The notes under the pieces are model-generated. The model ran no database searches, was not told the DNA's origin, and saw only the letters and a list, made by a program, of their open reading frames with translations. From Seison nebaliae (taxonomy: Eukaryota), in contig JALJEE010000250.1 in NCBI GenBank assembly GCA_023231475.1, positions 1 to 64,000 of the forward strand: 64,000 nt of DNA, given 5' to 3'. How positions within the stretch are numbered: position 1 is the first letter of the stretch; each line of letters starts with the position of its first letter. Positions 49,598 to 62,900 of this stretch are shown piece after piece. A program made the translations under genes and the position numbers.

Positions 49598-50048
49598 TAA
49601 TGATTTCTAAAGTGTTCATAATTGATGATTTGTTATATTACTTGATTAACATATATTTTTATTACATTTCAATTTTATACTTTCATTAAAATATTTTATT
49701 CTGATCATTTCATTACTCGCGAATGTCTGGAATTTTTTGATTCCATAGGAGAGGAACGAAGTAAGCTACTTCTCTTCAGCACTTCGTATCCCCACCAATA
49801 TAATTAACTGTCTATTGCTTTCTCAATTGTGTAAACTGTTGGACGTTTTGGGGAAATTTTCAAGCTTATGCACCAATGTCTTTGCTAGTTGTTAAGTGTT
49901 TCTTAAGTTAAAGTTAAGTAATAGAAAAGATGGATTTTTATAGTTGAATCAAATGAACAACAACTGGAAAATTCTTCCAATTCAGTTCGTCAGAATTCCA
50001 ATTTTTCAATCAGAATGAAAATCGTAAATGGAATAATGTTTAGTTCTT

Positions 50049-50596
50049 TCAACATGGTCCATTATGAGCTAGATAAATGGAAGGATCTTCACAAATTGCC
50101 ACTTCTAACAAACAACCATTTGCATAATTGACTCCGTTCGATCCACATTTCCGATCCAACATCTTATTACATGCTTGTCTACAATTCTCCTTCTTCTGAC
50201 ATTGTCCCTTGTGCTTGATCGTGAGTCGCCAATTATCACATCTCGTTCTTTCGAACGCACATGTGTTAGCGTAAGTTATATCATCACTGCCACATATAGG
50301 ATTGTAAATTGCAGGACAGATCGAATTATATCCGCAGGATTCTAAAAATTAAAATCAATATATATTTTCCATTATTGTTTGGAACCTGGTGGGGGTGAAG
50401 GATCACCACATGTATTTCTACAATTCTGCAAACTTCCATATTTACATTGGCAAGTGATACAATCTTTCTTAGTTACTAAATCTCCATGTTTATAAGTGGC
50501 TCTTTTATAATTGCAGTTGAAAAAAGGTAAGAATTGAAAGAAAAAAGCGTCACTTGTCACGACACATAGAAAGATGGGAAAGAATAGTTTTAACAT
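50049..50596 (-). CDS. Secreted protease inhibitor: short VWC-like module plus two Kazal domains, 2 exons
   Basis: Signal peptide, then C.Y....YKHGD..DCITCQC. Intron 50385-50342. Exon 2 has CPAIYNPICGSDDITYANTC..HKGQC and CNKMLDRKCGSNGVNYANGC..HNGPC*. Confidence 0.88.
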
Positions 50597-51165
50597 TCTC
50601 TATTAATTGTAAGTTTTGTGAATGGAATGATAATTATAATTCTCATATTTTATAGGATATTATTTATAGTTCATTTCATCTAATGTCTTAAGTGAATTAG
50701 GATGGAATTACAAAATAATTTCTCGTAATGAACTTTTAATTTTATTGATTTTTTTTCATTAATAATTCTTAATGATCATCAGAGAACAGGAAACAAATGA
50801 AGATAGGCCTCTTTATTATTTAACATCAAAATTTCGATTTATTAAAGAATTCGGTACAAATTTCTACATTTTGACATTTTCTCCCAAAAAATTTCCTTGG
50901 AAAAAACTTGGAAATTTATTAACTCTCTCTTCAACGAAATTAAAAAATATGTTCTGATTTTATAGAAAAGATGTTAGAAAATTTAAAAAAAAGTTATTTC
51001 TTTTTCCTCTTACACATATGTTGGGACGATTGGCCAAAATGCGGTTCAAGTTTAATAAAAATCAAATAAGAAAATTGAAATAAAAGGAAAACTAATTAAA
51101 GTAAATATTATAGAAATAATTACTGGAAGATTCTAATTAAGAGAGTTACTATTCTCGTATTACTA

Positions 51166-52659
51166 TTAATTTGATTTTAATGATACATTGAAATGAGTAT
51201 AGGGCGACATTCGAACCAAACCTTCCTGATTCTTTAAAATTGTTTCATGATTGTCTGGCAGTTGAACATCGAACGATCGAACAATATTACAGAAAAATAA
51301 CATGAATTCCATTCGTGCTAAATGTTCTCCAGCACAACTTCGTTTTCCGACAGAAAAAGGGATTAATTCATTTCGATATTCAATTGTTCCATCATCCCTC
51401 AAAAACCTTTCTGGTCGGAAATCATCACAATCATCTCCCCATGTGTTTGACGAATGATGAACGCCAAAAATATTCATGAAAATGATGGTGTTTTTAGGAA
51501 TGACATAATTCTTATAAACAACATCTTTATGAGCACGATGGAAGATTCCTAATGGAGCAACAGAAGATAACCGGAAAATCTCAAGAATCGTTGCATGACA
51601 ATAGGGAAGTAATTTTATATCTGAGAATTTCACAAAATTATCACCAATATTCCGTTTAATTTCTTCGGAACACTTTTGTTGAATTGATAAATTTCTGCTA
51701 ATAAAAAACATAGCCCAACCAAGGCTGTGGGCGACGGTTTGTGTACCAGCGCCGAAAATATTAAGAATTGTCGCCAGAAAATCCACGTCCTGTTCTTGCC
51801 TCGATTTATTGTCTTTTAACACCAATAAACCATTTTGAGTTTGACGAATATATTCGTCGATTGCATCACGAATATTATTCTCGTCATAAGTTCTAATATG
51901 TTCCTGAATTTCGCCATGAATGAATTTTTTCAAAGTTTTCGCCGAGTTACTAATACGATTCATCGAAGTTCCAGGAATACGAATGGCTATCGGATTTAAT
52001 TTCCATAATTGAGTTGGATTGAAATTGAGGACAATATTTTTAAATTGTGTCATTAGGCCACTAAACTCACTATCATCGTGAGAATATCGTTTTCCGAAAA
52101 TAATATTACAAATAATGTTGGCAGAAGCGTTATTAGTTAATTGAACGAAATCGATCAATTTTTTATTTGTATTATCTGAAATTTGATTACGCAAATATTG
52201 TTCGATATATTGCACTTCATTAATCACACGCTCCTCCAATATATCATCACCAATTCCCATATCTTTCAAAATTTTCATGACGAACTTCCGTAAACGACGG
52301 AAATCTTCCGTGTAATCTCGCGCGATCAAACCTTTCCCATCCACTAATATTTTGAGAGGATAAGCATGTGGTCGATCACTAGTATTTTCACCTAAATCAC
52401 CAAAAATATCTCTCGCCGTTGATGCTTTGTTAATGATGACAGCTTGTTTTATTCCCAGGTTAACCATCAACAACGGTTCATTAGTTTCGGAACATTTCTT
52501 TAGAAATTCATCCCGATAGAAGAAAAGTTGAATAAAAGCAGGTAAATACCATTTTAACGATGGCGCTTTGGGTGGAATATTTGATGGTTGATCTCGTAAA
52601 TAAATAAATGAAGCGAGGACAATTAAGATTGTCAGAAGAGCGATAAATACCAGAACCAT
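51166..52659 (-). CDS. Cytochrome P450, CYP2 clan, intronless, 497 aa
   Basis: N-terminal anchor and Pro cluster, NIICNIIFGKRY, I-helix AGTQT, EIFR (ExxR), FRPERF and heme motif FSVGKRSCAG. Confidence 0.95.
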   Translation of the reverse strand: MVLVFIALLTILIVLASFIYLRDQPSNIPPKAPSLKWYLPAFIQLFFYRDEFLKKCSETNEPLLMVNLGIKQAVIINKASTARDIFGDLGENTSDRPHAYPLKILVDGKGLIARDYTEDFRRLRKFVMKILKDMGIGDDILEERVINEVQYIEQYLRNQISDNTNKKLIDFVQLTNNASANIICNIIFGKRYSHDDSEFSGLMTQFKNIVLNFNPTQLWKLNPIAIRIPGTSMNRISNSAKTLKKFIHGEIQEHIRTYDENNIRDAIDEYIRQTQNGLLVLKDNKSRQEQDVDFLATILNIFGAGTQTVAHSLGWAMFFISRNLSIQQKCSEEIKRNIGDNFVKFSDIKLLPYCHATILEIFRLSSVAPLGIFHRAHKDVVYKNYVIPKNTIIFMNIFGVHHSSNTWGDDCDDFRPERFLRDDGTIEYRNELIPFSVGKRSCAGEHLARMEFMLFFCNIVRSFDVQLPDNHETILKNQEGLVRMSPYTHFNVSLKSN

Positions 52660-52877
52660 TATGAAGTTAATTAATGATGAAAGTTAATTTATTGAAAAAT
52701 AATGGAGAATGAAATCATCCAAATCAATAAAAACAAGTTAAATGAACGTATAAAATAAACATCCGAGATGTTCCTATTCGCTATGAATAAACTCATCTTT
52801 TCTTTATTTCCGAAATTTAGTTGTAAGCTAATCAATTTTTGTTTTATGATCAACACATATGTTGCTTTATCAGTCGT

Positions 52878-52933
52878 TTATTAAAACGTTTGTCAATAAA
52901 CATTATTAAAACGTTTGTCAACAAACATTATTA
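52878..52933. repeat. 25-bp tandem duplication upstream of the P450
   Basis: TTATTAAAACGTTTGTCAATAAACA followed by TTATTAAAACGTTTGTCAACAAACA, one mismatch. Confidence 0.85.
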
Positions 52934-53580
52934 TTTTTCATTAACTATAATTAATATTATTATTATTATTATTAAAGAAAGTCAAGATCTCTCTAAAAGA
53001 GTCAAGATCATTCGATATCTGTAAGTAACGTGTAAGATAAAATTGATAATTTTTAAGACTATAAAGCAAGTTTCTAGAAAAAGAAAATGAATTTGATTTT
53101 GGAAATGATTATTTGATCCGAAATAATCGTTTTCCATTTCAAAATTGCAATGTTTAATTAATTAAATCTTCTTATGTTAGTTTTTACAAATTGAGGATTT
53201 AGATTCAGTTCGAGGTAAAGTGTTATAAATATTAACCTCTTAAGTTTAAAAGCTTATAAGAAATACGCATTTAATTTTTTCAATAATATTATAACTATCC
53301 GGAATAGGATAGAGATTGAAAAATAACACATTACGCTACTTAATATTGAATATTTTTCTCTGTTCTTTTTCTCACCATAATAGAAATTTACTGAATTGCT
53401 GGGATTTAAGTTAGTAGAATTGAAAATTCTATTTCAAAATTTTTAACGTACGTTAAATTAAAATAGTATTTCAATATGAGATTTATATTGTGTTGAGCTA
53501 AAGTAAATAATCTAAAATTTAGATTCTAAACTCTATAAGCTAAATAATAATTAACTTTAGTATCATGATGCAAAAATTAT

Positions 53581-53589
53581 AAAAAAAAA
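53581..53589 (-). terminator. Pol III oligo-T terminator of the tRNA-Tyr gene
   Basis: T9 run on the minus strand a few nt after the discriminator base. Confidence 0.75.
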
Positions 53590-53592
53590 TTT

Positions 53593-53682
53593 TCTCGCGA
53601 AGCGGATTTGAACCACTGACCTAAGGATATCATCATTTTACAATTCTACAGTCCTCCGCTCTACCAACTGAGCTATCGCGAG
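53593..53682 (-). tRNA. trnY-GTA: tRNA-Tyr (GTA) with a 17-nt intron at 37/38
   Basis: Acceptor CTCGCGA/TCGCGAG plus A73, D-arm TAGCTCAGTTGGTAGAGC, anticodon arm GAGGA-CTGTAG[aattgtaaaatgatgat]A-TCCTT, T-arm AGTGG-TTCAAAT-CCGCT. Confidence 0.96.
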
Positions 53683-53795
53683 ACATGAACAATATCATAA
53701 AAAGTAGTTAATAAGACATTTAGTAATCACATTTTCAGAATCCCAACATCAGTTAAATCATACTTTTACTCATGGAGGAAATGTAATTCAAAATA

Positions 53796-54689
53796 TTAAC
53801 TAGTTGGAATAACTGAATGACAAACATCTTCACGAACGTAATAATCATGATTTTTCCGTTCTTCCGATAAGTTTATAGCAATTTTTGATTGAATTGCATA
53901 CGTATTATCCACTTCATAAAGATATACGAAAAGTATGCATTGTGTTGATTCGTGGTGAAAAGCGTAACAGATGCTTAAGGCATAATTAAAACATTTAGTA
54001 GCACAATCCTGGTTTGAAGTTCCATTGATTGTTTCTTCCACCATTTCACCTAATATAACATCATCATAGTTTTTTAGTTTCTCCAACTTGAACTTGTTCT
54101 AGAAAGATTGATAAAATACATAGAGAATAGAGTCAAAGAATAATAGTCTTAATTTCTTGATTAATATCATAGAGACGTTGCTCATGAAAGGAAAATAGAT
54201 ATTGAAAAATTGAGATTATTGTAATAAAAGACGAACGAAAATGAGGATAATAACTGAAATTTTTTTAGCTTCGCATAAAACGGTAATCTCTATATTTGGA
54301 TCAAATAAATAACTCAAATGTTGTCCATTGAAATAAATTCGATGAACTCCGTAATCCTTCTACAATAAGAACTATCACAAAAGGAAATTAACAACCAAAT
54401 TAACAGCAGTAAGCATAAAACATAAATTGCTAATGTACCCAACATTTTTTCCTCCTTGATTTCGATATAAAATTCCTCCATAATATGTTGGTTCTAAGAT
54501 TTGATTAAGTTGTTCACGATCTTCAATAATCTTCAATCCCTTCGAACGACATAATTGCATCGCACCTTTAAATTTGTTAGTTTGCGTCATAAGCGTTATT
54601 CCACAAGTTCCAGTTTCCCATGATTCATTAATAATGATAGATATCAAGATATTATAGAAAACAAATCGATTATAAAGAAAATTAAACAT
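53796..54689 (-). CDS. Secreted protein: divergent C-lectin-like N-part plus PAN/Apple domain, spliced
   Basis: N-part has F..AMQLCRSKG (CTLD-like helix). A 36-nt intron at 54395-54360 restores frame to ..TVLCEAK. The last exon has QDCATKCFNYALSICYAFHHESTQCILF (PAN CxxxC...CxAF..C). The middle intron(s) are not fully resolved. Confidence 0.55.
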
Positions 54690-56725
54690 TTCTTAAGTTT
54701 TCAAACTTATCTACTGTTCTATCTAACAACTTGTAACATGTAATTTGTAAGAAGAATGACTGTGTACCTGGAAATTCGACCAATTTCGGTCTCAGTTTTA
54801 AACCTATTACATGGGAACAGAAGTGAAAAATAATATTTATGATTTGTAAATTTAGAACTCAACATCTTGAAGGAATTCAAAAAGTAAAACTTAAATATTT
54901 ACCTAATACCAACATCATTACAAATATTCAATTCTTTTATTATTCTTTCTTTATTATAGGCAATTATTATTTCTCTCCAGGGCAATTGATACATGAAAAA
55001 TAGAAAATCACGATTTATTCCCAAGCATTTATGTTTTCTATTCTTGATGTATCCGTGATTGATGATTGATTATTTTTCAAATGAAAATATTTGATGACGA
55101 AATCACATGAATTACGATCGACAGTTGCAGAATCCTTTTCAAAATTGATTTCATTTAATTGAATATTCGTCAACAATTTGGATTTGGAATTTTTACACTT
55201 TATTTCATATTATACGAACAGTATTAATTGTTCAAGTAATAACCGAAACAAAATATACCAAACACACTTCATCTGGTAGATTAAGACAGCTTGTACGATT
55301 TAAAACCATTTCAATTGCGTTTCTCTAACAAAATAAAGTTAACCTCAAAGAAATTAAAGAAGATATAAGAAATTAAAAACGAAAAATATGGTAAATGGAA
55401 AGGGACTTGTGTAGATCCTTTTAACTTTCGAACTTTTCTTTAGTTAGTTCTAATGAAGATATCGATTTCACTTCCTTATTTTACATCTACCAAAGAACAG
55501 AATGATATTCAAGCCACAAAATAAATTGTTTGGAAGAGAAAGACAACAATTCTTACACCAACAAGAATGATCTGATCAATAATAAATTATAGTGTAACAT
55601 CAAAATTGAATTAGGCGGAAACTTTGTTATAAAATTTAAATTCATGTGAATTGAAGTTATGAAAGAATGATCTAGTAACTGACTTATAAGCATTTAATAA
55701 ATATTAAACAAACTAAGAAACCGAACTAAAAGTCGATACTGTTCACACTGGAAGAGGTTCGATCTGACTTCATGGTCATCACTTTCTTTTCATGGCACAA
55801 ATCCACGAATGTCTTTGCTTCGATGGTATTTTTCTTTCAGAAATTTGGCTATTATCTTTCCCATTATCTTTTAATTCCATTAGCTTCATCACCATATTTA
55901 TCTCTCAAGTTACTTAACCTAAGCGTAGACGAACGACAATCTGGAACGATTATACCAGGTTGGAAATTATCAAACGCTTACGAGCTCACTATCAATTCCG
56001 ATTTTATTTGTTTCATCGGGTTACGGAGAGGAACTCATCCTCGTCTCAGTGGGTGTGTTGACACTTATTAATAACGTGCTGCGCATGAATTTTTCCGCTG
56101 ATAGCAACAGTAAGATCTCCGCAATAATGATGATTTCTTACCTCCCCATTGTAACATTTGTAATTTGAAAATTAGAGGTGATTGTAATTTTCAATTGGAT
56201 CTATATTTATTAATCTGTAATGGGAAAAATCTCCCGCACAACATATCAGTCATATGTTAAATATTTCTAATAAAGCTAACAAATGTTTGAAAAAATAATG
56301 TTGGATGAAAAATAAACTGAACATTATTCCAAAAATTAATATCTATGAACTTAACATATTGTTCGGATTTACAATTTAATGTTTACCCTACTGGACAATT
56401 TTCTACAGTTATCTACATTATTCCTACTAATTATTATTTCATTTAATTAAATAATCTGGTTCCTTGGAGAAAGTTCATAAGACATATAATTGTAATGTTA
56501 ATCGGAAATTTCCTAATTTTAAAATTATTCCACATATGAGAAAATGGCATAACGATAATGAATTATGATCTTAATCATTGTTAATGATGGAAAGTACTAA
56601 TGATACTGTGAATGTAAAAAAAAGACTTCTTATATTTTGAGGGAAAGAGTGGAAGGAAGTTATTTAGATTACAATTTTACATTATGAAATTAATTTAAAT
56701 GTTACAAATTCTTTTAAATGAGAAT

Positions 56726-56794
56726 TGCGATACTTAAACATGAGAGAATTTCATGTTACAAATTCTTGAAATTCTCTCATGTTTAAGTATTGCA
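56726..56794. repeat. Near-perfect inverted repeat (28-bp stem, 13-nt loop)
   Basis: TGCGATACTTAAACATGAGAGAATTTCA (56726-56753) pairs with TGAAATTCTCTCATGTTTAAGTATTGCA (56767-56794), with one G-T pair. Confidence 0.9.
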
Positions 56795-56911
56795 TGCATT
56801 CGTAAAAACGTGTGAAAAAGTGAGCAAATTTTTATTTTTATTCTTCTTTCTTAATTAAAAGATATAATTATAGATAATATCTTATATGTTTTATAACATT
56901 AACATATCAAT

Positions 56912-59900
56912 ATGGAATTTTCTGAGTTATCAAACGTAGATATAAACGACAGATTCTATTCGTTCCAAATTTCGGTTATATTTGATTTTTTTCTTTAAAA
57001 TTTTAATTTGGCTATCTATGAGTAGGAAGAAATCAGAGAGATATCGGCAAAGAACGGACAAGAAGTGAATGCAGCAAATTTATATTTCATTAACAAACCA
57101 CGAAGTTAAAAATCTATTTTAAATATCTCTAGCTAAAATCTCCTTTAAGATAATTTCGGTTTCAATCAATATGTGGAATATTATTTAACAATTTGTGATC
57201 GCTTCTCAAACTGGAAGGAAGTTGCGAGTCGTGTCATCGATCTTTTGGCCCAATCTTTCTCGACGGAATTCTATATATATGAGGAGAAGAACCTTATAGC
57301 ATTAGGACGAATAATCTTCGCACATAACATCGATACGCCAAGTGGCATAGAAATTCTTACTTATTTAAGTAGACGACAAGTTCTCCTTGAAATTTACTTG
57401 GACGATTTTATTGATCTGATAGTGCACTTGACGGAAAAGCAGTTAGATTATTTGATACATCATTTGACTTTCTATTTTAAACTTTTCTAACATTATTTTC
57501 ACTTGTTAGATATTGGGAGAATGCACCAAATTATAATTTACTCACCAACTGTCTGGGATATATTGCTGAAATGGAAATACCATTATATGATTTATTGGGA
57601 ACGAAGATTAATTTGGGGAATATTATTATAAACGTTCCAACTAGTAAACAAAGGAAAGTATCTTATTATCTGATAATAGTTTATTTACGGAAGATTTTCT
57701 ATGTTACTTATATCTCTTATTATCCGGATTTCGATAATGCTCCCAAACATTTTTATCGAATGATAAGATCGTTCTCGAAAGCTACCGAACATTTCAATTT
57801 TAAAACATGTTTCGAAGAGAGAACATTAATGAAAAGCTACGGAATGGATCTCACTCTCTCACCATATATTATGTTGACATTTCCTTCCATCTTATGGGGA
57901 AGAATTAATGGTCAAACGATTGAATTGAATGATTTGGATAAAGAATTTATTCATCCGATAGAGGATGTTGATAATTTTATTTTGTTGAAAAAGTTATTGG
58001 AAAAATTCCGAGATGTTGATTGTAACAAATTTGTGGATGCTTTGACGATAGTACGGGAATATATTTGCATGTTGTCCATCGAAGGAAAAAAAAAAGTTTT
58101 ATCGATCATTCTCGAAACATTTAAGAAAACTTCAAGAATTCCGACGGACATTTCGTCACTCATTCTCGAATGTATTCGATTGAAAGAGGTCGAAATTGAG
58201 AAAAGAATCTTCCACATACCATTCGATTTATTGCACAAACTAATTTCGTTGCTACCCAAAATGTTGGAAAGTCCAACGAATCCTGTATGTTTCAATCTTA
58301 TCATTTATAATTTGATTATCGTCCAAGTTGAACAAACGGATGAATTGAATATAACTAAAATGATAAAGTTGAATGAAATGAGTGCGAAAAGTCTTGACGC
58401 GAAAAGTGCAAATTTATGTCGATTCATATTCGAATGTCTATTACATACGAAACCTAAGGATCCGTTTGTGAATGTTGGATTGAAAAAAATTATGGAAACT
58501 GTTCGAACATTGAAACGCGTTAATTATTCAATGGAAGAAGAGAAAATGATTTGTTGTTGTATTGATTCATTGAAAATAACATTTAATGAAAAAAAGAACC
58601 TTCTTGGAATATCCTTCGATTTACATAATAAACAAGGGAGAGCGAAATTTTTTTCATCATGCAAATTCCGTCATCGATGGATAGTTAGCGTGAGATATTT
58701 GATGATGAATAAACCGGAAAGTTCCTCCTGTTATGATTATTATTATAACATTGTCGATTTTGAGAAACGAGTAATACAACAATGTCAACAAATATTAAAG
58801 GAAAGACAGGATGAAACGACGTTATGCTCCAAAGAATATCTGAATGAAATTTTAATGGTTTTATTATCCAATAAATCCGATTATTTTCCTTTTGAAAATT
58901 TTAGTCGAAATTTCAAATATCTATCCGAAATCAATAACGGACATTATTTGGATTTAATGGATCATACGACATTGAGTCCATTACATTTTCCCAAATTGGC
59001 TAGTAGCGACTGGCAAACTATAAATCTCATTCTTCAGTGGCATAGTCGTCTTGACTCGATAAAAGATATCTTCCCCACATTATCCATATCATCCAAATTT
59101 GTCGTTTGTCGAAATATTATGAAACATCCTTTATTTTCATCGAAGAACGAAATGGAAAAAGACCATTTATTTATTATCAAAGAGACGGTGAAAGAATGTT
59201 CAAAAAAAGGTTATTTGCATGAAAAGAAATTGTGGCAATTAATAAAGAGTCAACCGAAAACTCATGCAAATCGACTATTTGGATTTTTAAGAACTTTAAC
59301 GAAATATTTAAATTCGAAGGAACTCGTTCTGTTTGAAGAGCAAACGTTTTTCACTTATATCATATCGATACTGGGTGTCAATTACCAGAAATATGGGACG
59401 AATAATCGGTTCAATGGTAGCGTATTGAAATTATTTTTAAATTTTCTCTCTGATTCCCATATGTTCCAAATTCCTTTTTTAAACGTAATGAAACTTTTGG
59501 ATCATTTCTCTTGGGGTTATCTTGTTAAATGGATGAATCACAAACCATCTGTCAATAGACATATGCGTAATGTTTTCCACCACGCGGTTCATAAAAAACA
59601 GATAATAAATTCATTTTATGAAAACGCATCTGAAGAAATGAAATTTTACCAAAAAATCTTCCATAACACTTTAGTGAACCACAGGAATGATAATGAGCAC
59701 CATATGGTTCTCTATCTGATGTCTTGGCAAAACAAATGTTCAATTGGAAATATTCACGATAAAATATTCGATCTATCTTCAACGGATTTCTACGATTATT
59801 TTTCTAAAGAATATTTATCAATTGTCTTTATCGTTCTAGAATCGAAATTGAACAATATTGCCAGAATGCATGATTTCATATTTTGTCGTAAAATCCTTTT

Positions 59901-62900
59901 AAGTCTCTCAATCACTGTGTCACATTCGAAGAAAAATTACAAATATCATTTAATTCGTCTTTATCTCTTCTTATTTAAATTAACGATAAAATTTCAATTA
60001 CTACGCCATACGATTAATGATGAACAATCCATTAATAATCGGATTATCAATGGAACAATTCTGGAAATTTTCCAAAAATGTCCAATAGTATTCAAACGAA
60101 TTCCGATTTCCGCTTATTTTATCTTGGCGAAATTCCAAGTTTTGGATATTGTCAAAAGTGCGACACAACTTCCAAATAAAGAAATTACAATTGGAGTTGG
60201 TGAGTTTGATCTGAATGAAAAAGATAAATTTCAAAAAAAATATAATTCTGATAAAATAGATGAAAATTGTGAAGGGATTGACAGAGAGTTCGATTTGAAT
60301 GATGATTGTGAAAAGAATGATGAAAAAATTTTAGTGGCTTTCTATTTTCAATCCCGACCTCTAAACAATTTGAAAGAATTTCTATTTTTATGCAATATAA
60401 TTGAAGAACGTTTCTTGTTGTACAACATTTGTTATCTGAGTAAATGGGAACTGAAGTGTTTGATGGAATTTACGGAGAATGATCTCTTTTGTCAGGAACG
60501 ATTATATCGTCTATATAATCAATTATTTCTTATGAAGACGATGAATAAAAAGCAGGTTTGGGCGAATAGTGAGATAGATGCTTTAGAAAATTATATTCAT
60601 ACATTCATTTGTAAACTCGTTTTTAATGAGATTCAACCGATGAATGAGAGGAAGATGTTAGGTTCGAATCCTTTCGACATGATGAAAAAATGTGATGTGA
60701 AGAATCGAATGATGTTTTATGATTTGGTGATAGAAGACATTGAATTGGACACTAAATTTATTAACACCGAATTTACACAACATCCATTATGTTTAATAGT
60801 GAATGAATATTGTGGGAGATTAACAGAAAGGAAAAATTTGAATAAATTATTCTCCTTAACTTATTTGATAGGTTGTATACGATCAAGTTGTCTGGATGGC
60901 AAAGAAGAAATTTTCTTCAATTTCTTGGGAGAATTAAACGCATTTTTTCGAACGATTCAACCGATTGATCGACGATTCCTCACCTGGTTCTATTACGAGA
61001 TTCGAGATATTTTCGATCAAATAATTTTTAAGATTTCTCCAAACAATTTCTTGAAATTCAATGAAGTTTTCATTCAAATCGCTTCATCATTTAGCGATAA
61101 TATATATGTAGTCGAATTATTCCAATTCATCATACATCGTTATACGGTAGACGAAGAATTGAACACATGTGGAAAAACGAAATGTCATCCACTTTTCCCA
61201 GTATCAATCCAATGTAATTTGAGTAAGTGGATGTCGTACGATTTTTACATTCGATCACTTTTTATGAAAGATCATTTGAATAGTTTAATGAATTTATATA
61301 AGAAGATTAATTCGTCTTATTTGGAAAGTGTGTTAATGAAATTCAAATATGAATCTTGGGACTCTGTTGCAGGTGATTTGATCGAAAAACAATTAGGAAA
61401 TTGGAGTTTACAATTGAAGGGAATAGAAGATGAGAAAAAAAATCGAAATGAAATACGAGACAAAAGTTTTATATGTTGGAATAAGTTACAGCATGTGAAT
61501 GATCGTTCCACATTTCGATTAGGATATGATGGTAGTAAAAATTCAACAATGAATCGACTGGATGAACGATTGAAGAAAGTTTTGTTAGAGAAATGGAAGC
61601 AGATCGGAAGAATCTCCCTCATTCCATTAGATAATTATTATATGGATCCATTGAATAATATTTATACGCCAATGAATAATATCAATTTTGAGAGTGAAAT
61701 TTTAGAAGATTATAATTTGAAGGAAGTATTGAAACGTCGGAAAAGAGTGATTTTAGGAAAGTGGAGATATGCTGCGGAGTGCAGGAAAAAGAGTCTTGGC
61801 AAATCTTCCTTACAAAATTTGATGCTCCAAAATTTCTTACAAGATGCACCAGCTACTCCTCAATTGTTTAACGTTCAACAACAAATTATTCGCGAATTAG
61901 ACCAATATTCGATGAAGGAAAAGGTTTTGGCAACCAGATGGTTCATCGCTAAATATATGATGGACACTTCAACCAATTGGACATTAATGGAACAAACGGA
62001 TAATATTATTTCAAACATAGTCACTGAAACGATGAAGTTGGATATGAAGGAAATTCCTGGTTATTGTGAATTTTATGAAAATCTTTCAGTTTATTATTCC
62101 GTCGTTTATGAGAATGCTGTGAAGAATCATCAGAATTTCCATAAACCGAATCAGATATTTTTCGATGAAACTTTATCTCTCTATCCTAATGTCATTGTTT
62201 CCAGTGGTGGTTTGAAAATCGTTAATTATGCCATCAATTATATTCAAGTTACAATGAAATATCTCCAATATCATTCATCCACATCGAATATGGAACCAGG
62301 TATCATACTCAATTTTATCAGTATATTACTTGCCAACGGAATGAAGAAGGAGATTGAGGACATTCTCGAAAACGAATTAAAACAAATTAATCCCAATCAT
62401 TTCCAAATGATTTCACGTCATATTTTCGTCCAATTTAAAAATTTGGTGAAAAGAACAAAATTTCGGAAATTATCAAATTCTTTTTTTGAAATAATCTCAA
62501 AATTATTAGACGATCCGACGAGTGAAATTTATTCGTTTATTTGTCTCACACTTATAAACAGATCTCCATCAGAGAATCGTAAACGATCAATTCATCCCTC
62601 TTCATCAATTCCATTGAAATTTAGTAAAATGGAAGAAAATTCATCAATATCTCTTAATTCCAGTACACAGGACTTGTTAAACGATCCCGAAAAGGATATG
62701 GAAGATATATCGAATAATCAATATGTTAATAATGGTTTCTTGAATATGATTAACGAATTACCGGACAGTCAAAGAAAGAATTTGAAGAATGTTTTATATT
62801 TAGAAACGTTCCTAACCAAATGCCTAAAATCACAGATAACAGATGACGAAACATATAAAAATCTCCTAATACCACTCTCATCGAAATATGACGTTCGAAT

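Noticed and set aside
54900..55310. Coding-like minus-strand fragments broken by stops and frameshifts
   Set aside because: Possibly a pseudogene, but there is no identifiable family or consistent splice model.
55740..56120. ORF 55772..56071 and a stop-riddled antisense frame, possibly a TE remnant
   Set aside because: No diagnostic motif.
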